DNA from: Paraspadella gotoi
Lineage: Eukaryota > Animalia > Chaetognatha
DNA: 42,652 nucleotides
Assembly: GCA_051294375.1 (NCBI GenBank)
Contig: JBJCIZ010000708.1
Span: 13,292 to 55,943 of the forward strand
Direction of reading: 5' to 3'
A program made the translations under genes and the position numbers. Shown one piece after another: positions 34,501-42,652 of the stretch. How positions within the stretch are numbered: position 1 is the first letter of the stretch; every line of letters starts with the position of its first letter. The notes beneath the pieces were generated by a model, which was given only the letters and a program-made list of their open reading frames with translations, had not been told where the DNA came from and searched no databases.

Positions 34501-36058
34501 TGATCTTATTTTTCTAATTAAACTTACTTCCCACTAGCCTGATTCCGTTGAAATTTGAATTCCAGCTCAATGAACCAGTTTTTTAATCAACGGACCCAAA
34601 ATTTCAACTCAATTGATTTATCCAAACATAAGTAATAAGACTTTAAAGGTATGGGAGAAAAGATGGACAGACAGACAGATGGACAGACAAATGTTTACAA
34701 AGTTTTTGATATCAACAGACAGCTTAAACAAAGGAGATTCTGACTGCATTGTTTTTTTAAGAGATATGTTGTTCACATTATAGAATAAACCAATCTCTTT
34801 TTAGTTTGAAATTCTGACGGCATTATGTATTTAACTGTATCTTGAGAGCATTAAAAGATTTTGCATTAATTTTTATACATAACATTCACGGAGTAATGAC
34901 TATCGGATGAGAAACAATAAAAAATGAAAAAAATCAATAATGAAATTTTTTTTTTAACTGCATAGTTTATTCTACGAGACTGTACATCGCGTCTTATTAA
35001 TATATTATTCGGATTCAAATTANNNNNNNNNNNNNNNNNNNNNNNNNCATGACATTCACTTAGTGAACAGGTTCTTTGTTTTTTCCATTTAAACTCATTT
35101 CCACTCAAACGATTCCATTGCGAGAACTTGATTAATCGCCCATCCACTCAGGATGAGTAATTGATAGTTCAAATGTAGTAAGTAAATTATTTTTGTTTTT
35201 CTTCCAGTTAAACTCATTTCACTTCTGGACGATTCCACAAAACTTCATATCCAGCTCAAGCACACACTTCCTACCCAACACACAAAATATTAGATTTCAT
35301 CCATCCATCCAATCACAAGTAATTGGTATTTTTTGCTAAGGTAGGACGGACGGATGGACGGACATTTTTTGTGATAATTTATCATAATTCGATGTTCTGA
35401 CATGATATAAGTGAATGCCCGTCAAGAATGAGCGGGCAGACCGACGGACTGACAAAGTGATTTATAGAGTCGGGATCTGCTGAAAGCAGATCAGACGAAA
35501 CCACAGCAAAATCGTCGCAAATGCAGAGCGATTGCGACGATAAAAAAACAAATTAAATTAATAAACTAAAATTGATCTTTACTTTTTTTAATTAAACCTA
35601 CTTCCACTAGCCTGATTCCGTTGAAACTTGAATTCCTGCTCAATGAACTAGTTTTTTAATCACAGACAAAATTTTAACTCAATTGATTTATCCAAACATA
35701 AGTAATAAGACTTTAAAGGTACGGGAGAAAAGATGGACAGACAGACAGATAGACAGACAAATGTTTAAAGATTTTGATATCAAACGACAGCTTAAACAAA
35801 AGAGATTCTGACTGCATTGTTTTTTAAGAGATATGTTGTTCACACATTATAGAATAAACCAATCTTCTTTTTAGTTTGAATTCTGACGGCATTTATGTAT
35901 TTAACTGTATCTTGAGAGCATTAAAAGATTTTGCATTAATTTTTATACATAACATTCACGGAGTAATGACCTAGGATGAGAAACAATAAAAAATGAAAAA
36001 ATCAATAATGAAATTTTTTTTTAACTGCATAGTTTATTCTACGAGACTACATCGCGTC
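31559..36058. mobile_element. Unclassified TIR element with 4-bp TSD ATAA
   Basis: The empty site is visible in copy 1 (AAGATAATCCAAATTG, ~28780). Here ATAA|GTCGCGGTGCACAGTCTCGTGGAAAAACT ... AGTTTATTCTACGAGACTACATCGCGTC|ATAA. Confidence 0.8.
33000..35497 (-). mobile_element. Two HINE-like family A copies (~33000-34135 and ~35050-35497)
   Basis: Match to 21393-22155, including GTCGGGATCTGCTGAAAGCAGATC ends. Confidence 0.7.
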
Positions 36059-37492
36059 ATAACCCAAATTGAAATAATAAAATCCTAAAATATTTTTTTT
36101 TAAATATCTGACCTATTTTACTATGATCTTACCAATTATTGTTTATATAAGTATTATAAAAAATCTTAAGAAAAACTAAATTAAAATAACTAACAATCAT
36201 TTAATAATTATTCAAAAACTGCTCTTTAAAAATTTTTAATTTAATAATTATCTTAAAGCTAATTTTAATATTACAGTATTTTTAATTATGCCAATCTCTT
36301 TATATTTTTAGGAGCTTTCAGAAAATATTAATATTGATATCTTTTTATATAAAATTTTGTAAAAAAATAGTTAAAAAGTTAAATAAACAGATTGAAAAAA
36401 AAATGGAGTTTTAAAATGAAACACAATTTTGAAGACAACTTTTCTCCGCTCAGTACCAAGTCAAATCAAAACCAATCAATATAAAATTTGGATAAATAAA
36501 TGATTTAGGTTTTTATTGCAGAAAAAAAGTTTCAAATGAAAAAAAATTTTACATATTTGCAAATGACGATTTTTTTAGCGGCGGGCTGTNNNNNNNNNNN
36601 NNNNNNNNNNNNNNNNNNNNNNNNNNNNNNNNNNNNNNNNNNNNNNNNNNNNNNNNNNNNNNNNNNNNNNNNNNNNNNNNNNNNNNNNNNNNNNNNNNNN
36701 NNNNNNNNNNNNNNNNNNNNNNNNNNNNNNNNNNNNNNNNNNNNNNNNNNNNNNNNNNNNNNNNNNNNNNNNNNNNNNNNNNNNNNNNNNNNNNNNNNNN
36801 NNNNNNNNNNNNNNNNNNNNNNNNNNNNNNNNNNNNNNNNNNNNNNNNNNNNNNNNNNNNNNNNNNNNNNNNNNNNNNNNNNNNNNNNNNNNNNNNNNNN
36901 NNNNNNNNNNNNNNNNNNNNNNNNNNNNNNNNNNNNNNNNNNNNNNNNNNNNNNNNNNNNNNNNNNNNNNNNNNNNNNNNNNNNNNNNNNNNNNNNNNNN
37001 NNNNNNNNNNNNNNNNNNNNNNNNNNNNNNNNNNNNNNNNNNNNNNNNNNNNNNNNNNNNNNNNNNNNNNNNNNNNNNNNNNNNNNNNNNNNNNNNNNNN
37101 NNNNNNNNNNNNNNNNNNNNNNNNNNNNNNNNNNNNNNNNNNNNNNNNNNNNNNNNNNNNNNNNNNNNNNNNNNNNNNNTTAATCTTATGTATAATAAAT
37201 ATATGATATTATATAAATTTTAAAAATCAGTATTATGTTTTTTTAAATATTTTTTTAAAATTTAATAATTATAATCTTATTTTATTTTTTTGGAGCTCAA
37301 GCCGGGCATTTTTATTTCGGATCCGGCTCCAGCTCCGGTCAAAAATTTTTTTCGGCTCCGGCTCCAGCTCCAGCTCCGGCCAGATAAAAATTCTGGCTCC
37401 GGCTCCGGCAAAAAAAGCTCGGCTCCGGCGGCTCCAGCTCCGGCTCCACATCCCTGCTTTATGCACACAATCTGTTTTAAATTTCACAACTG

Positions 37493-37538
37493 TTAATGCT
37501 GAAGAAGGCTTGTACCTAAGCCAAAACATGTCCATTAA
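37493..37538 (+). ncRNA. Solo minimal hammerhead ribozyme motif (different Penelope-type family)
   Basis: TTAATG-CTGAAGA-A-GGCTT(GTACCT)AAGCC-AAAA-CATGTC-CATTAA. Perfect stems I and II; GAAA box mutated to AAAA. Confidence 0.65.
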
Positions 37539-37779
37539 AAGAAAATAAATCGTTGTTGATATCAATTTCAAACTCTTCTAATTATCTCTACACAACAAAA
37601 AGAAAGGATTATACCACAATGTCTAACAATATATTTTCTATAAACTTTTTATTAATATTTAGCTAAATATAATTTTTGGGGGACGATTTAAGTCATATAT
37701 TTATTAAAAGTTTTAACAGTTGCGGTTTATCTCTCAAAAGTGATTTTTAAAAAACCTAACCAGCGTAGTACATATAGTA

Positions 37780-39658
37780 TCAAAGAGACAGAAGATGGCT
37801 GTAAACAACAAACTGAAAAGCAAGAACATATTGCTGTTATTGAGCAGCCAAGCAGAAAATATGTGACCCATTCAACTGCTGCTGCTATCACTGATTTGAA
37901 AATGAATTGACCGACAGATGGATGGTTTTAGGAGGAGACTCAACTAACACCAACACAGAATGGGAAAACGGAACTTTTGCTAACATAGAAAACATATTTG
38001 GATATAGTTTCCATTGGATGGTTTGCAGCCTTCATACCAATGAATTGGGCCTCCGTCATCTTGTCCAAAAAATTTCCGCCAAAGTCTTTTGAAGCTCCTA
38101 TTGGTCCCCTTCTTCACTCTGTTGAATCATTGTCTTGGAATAAGACCTTTGAGAAAGGTGACCTTGGGCCAGGAATTCGCCATCTCCCGGAACAGGTGGT
38201 TTCAGATCTTTCACGTGTTCAACGTTATCTTTGGTATGCAGTAGAAAGTGTAAGGGAAGGGAAAATTCGTCAAGGCAAAACTGAAAAAAAGTCTCTTTGA
38301 TGTAACAAATTATGCAGTTATGTGGTTTGAGTGGAAATGTATACGAGAACTAAAAGATACACCCAAAAATGTTTTTAATCAAATTAAATTGCTCAAGTAC
38401 CTTCCTAACAAAACAGTACAAATAATAAAGCCCAATAAAAAATCTTGGTATGCACACTAAGGCGTAATGAAAGTTACATACAAAAATTCTAAATGTCAAT
38501 TATGAACNNNNNNNNNNNNNNNNNNNNNNNNNNNNNNNNNNNNNNNNNNNNNNNNNNNNNNNNNNNNNNNNNNNNNNNNNNNNNNNNNNNNNNNNNNNNN
38601 NNNNNNNNNNNNNNNNNNNNNNNNNNNNNNNNNNNNNNNNNNNNNNNNNNNNNNNNNNNNNNNNNNNNNNNNNNNNNNNNNNNNNNNNNNNNNNNNNNNN
38701 NNNNNNNNNNNNNNNNNNNNNNNNNNNNNNNNNNNNNNNNNNNNNNNNNNNNNNNNNNNNNNNNNNNNNNNNNNNNNNNNNNNNNNNNNNNNNNNNNNNN
38801 NNNNNNNNNNNNNNNNNNNNNNNNNNNNNNNNNNNNNNNNNNNNNNNNNNNNNNNNNNNNNNNNNNNNNNNNNNNNNNNNNNNNNNNNNNNNNNNNNNNN
38901 NNNNNNNNNNNNNNNNNNNNNNNTCCTACAATAATTATGTACGCCAATGTCACGAATTGTACTCACGAATTAAAGAATTTTATGAGAGAGGCAAGATTTC
39001 TAATTTCTATAATCATCAATCTGCCATAATCATACTAATACAAAGTCTCTGGCGTGTGACAAAATTAAAGAGCGTTAGTAAATTTCTAAATTTAACTTTA
39101 AAATTAAAATTCTAAAGTGGAGGAAACGAACAACATTATACTAATAAACATTTCTGTAATAAAAAAATTTATAATAAATTTTACAATTTTACGCAGTAGC
39201 CAATATTACTATACTAGTACTAACTTCTAATAAATGTTAAATTTCAAAAACAGTTTCTATGATTTTTTGCAGATTTGGATTCGTCATAAAAAGTTGATAT
39301 AAAGAAAGTAACTCTTTTAAAAATTCCTTCATTAAGTGGCGTAAAAAGATGGATTTTTAAGCCACCTCTTAATTTCAATGCAACAAGTTAAATTGAGATA
39401 ATTGATTGGAATACTGTGGTTATAACAGAATCAATCTCAACTTTTTCCATGTCTATAAAAGAGCTTAAAAATATTGAAAAAGAAAAGCTTATACTTCCTC
39501 CTTTTCCAAGACATACTCAATTGGTTGAACGTTTAATAAGAGATATAACTGATGTTGCTACCCATGTTTCTGGTTTTAATAATAGAGATGGTTACATTCG
39601 AGCAAGAATTTCTTCTTGTACAGCAGTTACCAAAGCATATACAAAAAAGATTTCATAA
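37780..39658 (+). pseudogene. Decayed hAT-superfamily (hATm-like) transposase
   Basis: EHIAVIEQP..KYVTH; LGGDSTNTNT...G....E......HWMVCSLHTNELGLRHL; DLS..QRYL; YAVMWF...WYAH; IDW; PPFPRHTQLVER....T......G...RDGYIRARI. Contains stops, frameshifts and an N gap. Confidence 0.8.
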
Positions 39659-41468
39659 AAATGAAAAATTTATAATTTACTGATCTACACAAAGTTTTTA
39701 TTATGACTTTATTCATTTGTGCTGCCCGCTAAATGAAACAAACTTTTATAGCGCTTACTATTATTTTATGGGTGCCATGGCAATGGTGTCTAAATAATTT
39801 TACTATCATTATTATCAGAACTTCAATTCCTCATGATTAAAAAAGAAATTATGGTAGTTATAATGAGATGGCTCTTAAAGACTTAAACAATCGACGCTTG
39901 TAAGTTGTTTGCGAGAGAGAGAGAGAAGGAAAGTATTTTCAGAAGTTTTTTATAACGTCTGCCAACTAACATTACTTGTTTTTTATGACAATCATTTTCT
40001 TTTAATACAAAATAACATTTTCTTTCTTCATTTTAAAGTTTTAAGCATAAATTATTTATTTATTTCGCTCAATTTTTCGGTTTTTTGATAGAATAATATA
40101 TAATTTATAAAATTTAAAAAAATTCATAATATCAATATTTTATGTTTTAAATCGTCAAATCTATCAATATTACTTTAATTTTAGCAATAATAAGTGAAAA
40201 AATATTAATTAAAACCGACATCTTTATTTTCATATATTATTGATTTTTTTGCATTTTTTGACTTTCAGTCATATTATAAAGTGGCTAGGACGGGAAAACT
40301 GGGCGATCGAATTTTAGTTTTTTATACGCTAGGTAATAAGTTTATATCTAAGTAAAAAAATCAAGAGGGCTCGAAGACAGATTTTCCATGTCTTGTATTT
40401 ATACTCCGAGCTAATGATTACGTATTGTTATGCTGAATGACCTTTCCTCTTAGGGACCAAGTGAACAGGTGGGGGGTAAGCTGGAAAACATAACGTTTTA
40501 CCCTTTAATACTTAAGCTGGTTCTGAAATCATATAATTTTTTCTTCCACTATTTTAATAATCAAATTTGGGAAAGTTAGTTAAAAATTCGATAAAATTCA
40601 GCGTAGCTTAATTTTCCTTAGAAAAATCGGTAGAAAGAGAATCTTTTTGCAAGTGTTAAAATTTTTTTTTTCCATAAAAAGGGTAGATGATCTAATTTTG
40701 AAAGATTTTACACTTTATCATAAAAATTTAATAGGAAAAAAACTAGAAGTGAATCAAAATTTTAAAGTAATGCGACTGATTTTATTTTAAACTTTCTTTC
40801 AAATGATTCTGTTATTGGATGGGAAATAAAACTCTTTGAGTAATATAACATATATAGAGAGAAGAGCAAAGATTCTGTAACTTATTGCTAAATTTTATAT
40901 ATTGGTTAGTGACGTGATTACGGCAATCAATATATGTTAGATTATACGCATTTAAGAGAGGATGAATAATTAAGGCGTAATGAAACTTGTACATACGAAA
41001 TTCTAAAATCCAAACAGTCAATTATTTGACCAATCATAAACCCATCAAGTGCATTAATTGTGTTAAACAAATTAAATTTTATATTATTTTAATTTTCGCA
41101 GTAGGGCTATATTTTATATATAGTGACTATCCTGTATCAATTGAAAACATTTCAAAAGAATAGGCTTTTCTTGATTTTGGATTGCAGGATGTGATGAATC
41201 CCTCGGTCAAAAAGTTGATAAATGAAAATATAATTCATTTTGTTTAAAAAATTCTTTCATTAAGTAGGTTAAAAAATTACAAAAACTATATTAATATTTA
41301 AAAGTTAAATTTCAGTTTAAAATATAGCTTTTTCTAATTTTTGACCACTTAATGGAAGAAATTTTCAAAAGAGTTATATTTCTTTTTATCAACTTTTTAT
41401 GACGATCCAATCTGCAAAAAAATCTAGAAAAAACTGTTTTGAATTTTAACATTTATTGGTTTAGTATA

Positions 41469-42057
41469 CTATCTAGGAAAAAAGTAGAAACATTTTTAAA
41501 TTGAGGATATCTTACTCGAAAACTTGCTCGATTTTTTAAAATCAGGATGTTTCAGGATTCTACACTAAATTTCCTTCAGCTCCTTCCTTTTTTCGTAGAT
41601 CCAACGTATAGAAGTTAGAGGCAAAATAAGATTGCTACCTCAAGTGAAAAATGGCGGAAAAAATCGCGCTTTAGTTTCCACAATTCTTGGTATTGAGTTA
41701 TTTGTTTTCTATTTCAATTGAGTTAGTTATTTTTTTCATTTTTTTAAATTGGTTATGCCCGAATAGACAGCCCCTCTCTTTGGTTCATAAAGGTGCAATT
41801 GTAGCTATGAGAAAAGAGGGAAAGACGCAACATTCATCAACATCGGGCTGAAAAAGAGATTGCGCTAAAGGGTGGAAAAACATTTCACCTTGTACCTCAA
41901 TTCGCTTTACGGAAGAGGCATGCCAGACGAATGCAGGCAATGGTCGATGCCGAGGGAGGGCATACCAAATATTGAGAATGTTTTACCCCATGTTTTGGTA
42001 TATTTTTTATGAATAAATGAATTTAAAAAAAAATGTTTCTAAGTTTTTCCTAGATAG
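41469..42057 (+). mobile_element. Internally deleted Tc1 transposon
   Basis: TA|CTATCTAGGAAAAA ... TTTTTCCTAGATAG|TA. Retains N-terminal LSLVHKGAIVAMRKEGKTQ and the typical C-terminus RRMQAMVDAEGGHTKY* (stop 41973-41975). Confidence 0.88.
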
Positions 42058-42617
42058 TAGTATCACATATGGCCTACTGCATAAATTGTAAATTATTATA
42101 AATTTTTTTTATACATTAAATGTTCATAAGTATAATGTTGTTCGTTCCTCACTTTTAGAATTTAATTAAAGTTAAACTTAGGAATTTTACTACGCCCTTA
42201 ATGAATATGAATATTAATTATAATTATTACAGTTTTGGTTTCTGTAAGAATAGAATTTAGGTTTGATTTGTCTGCTTTAAGTAAATATAAAAATACAAAA
42301 ATATTAGTCTTGTTAAAGCCTTTGTTCAATGAGGCTTAAACCTAAAATTATAGCTTTCCCTGAAATAAGACTAAAGGCTAAAGTAAACACGAGAGGTGGT
42401 GGTGAAGCGTATATAATGAAAAAAACGAACACGAAAATAATAAAAATTACAGAGGAACGTGAAATAGGTCTTAACGGGAGAGAGAGAAAGTGGGAAGTGA
42501 AACTAGAATGGAAAAATCTCGTGGCTGCGCGAAACCCCCGATCGAAAAGGAGAAGGAAGCGAAATGGGAGGGGGAAGAAGATCTTCGCGTCGCCTCCTCC
42601 TCACGGCTTTGTACAGT

Positions 42618-42652
42618 AAACAAGTTTGAGCAAACAATGTCGGATCTGCCTA
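42618..42652 (-). mobile_element. 3' end of a HINE-like family A copy (runs off the window)
   Basis: AAACAAGTTTGAGCAAACAATGTCGGATCTGCCTA, as at 767 and 21393. Confidence 0.7.

Larger units (their letters stand above)
30879..37456 (+). repeat. Second copy of the right half of the composite hAT-like element (matches 28127-30253) with a 4.5 kb insertion
   Basis: Same order of blocks: AAACTACAACCTAGA, mariner MITE, AT-rich block, GGCTCC array, CCACATCCCTG terminus. The right flank differs from copy 1. Confidence 0.85.

Noticed and set aside
33660-36058. Tandem duplication (33660-34993 versus 35050-36058)
   Set aside because: The copies are separated by an N gap and differ mostly by indels; likely redundant assembly or haplotypes, although 34992 could be a real second terminus.

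Overview
AT-rich, gapped (several N runs) eukaryotic, probably invertebrate, genomic window that is mostly nested transposable elements, plus a few exons of an unidentified minus-strand host gene (~24.0-26.1 kb). The main object is a ~7.05 kb Ty3/Gypsy-type LTR element (3343-10390). It has near-identical LTRs, a tRNA primer-binding site (PBS), a G-rich polypurine tract (PPT) and an ATAC target-site duplication (TSD). It encodes Gag, an aspartic protease joined directly to only the C-terminal (GPY/F) part of integrase, and a full-length class III (chuvirus G / herpesvirus gB-type) fusion glycoprotein with an extra Cys-rich insert. No reverse transcriptase, RNase H or integrase catalytic core is visible, so it looks like a non-autonomous, envelope-bearing retroelement. 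Other contents: a 5'-truncated Penelope-like element with an inverted pLTR; seven minimal hammerhead-ribozyme motifs, two pairs of them head-to-head inside a MITE; Helentron-associated (DINE-1/HINE-like) elements; hAT, Tc1/mariner and unclassified TIR elements; a decayed hATm transposase; TTAGGG-rich satellite; and a short ORF made of tandem TQT (LC8-binding-like) motifs. Many frameshifts sit in homopolymers and may be sequencing errors. All family assignments are by manual motif recognition; no database search was run.
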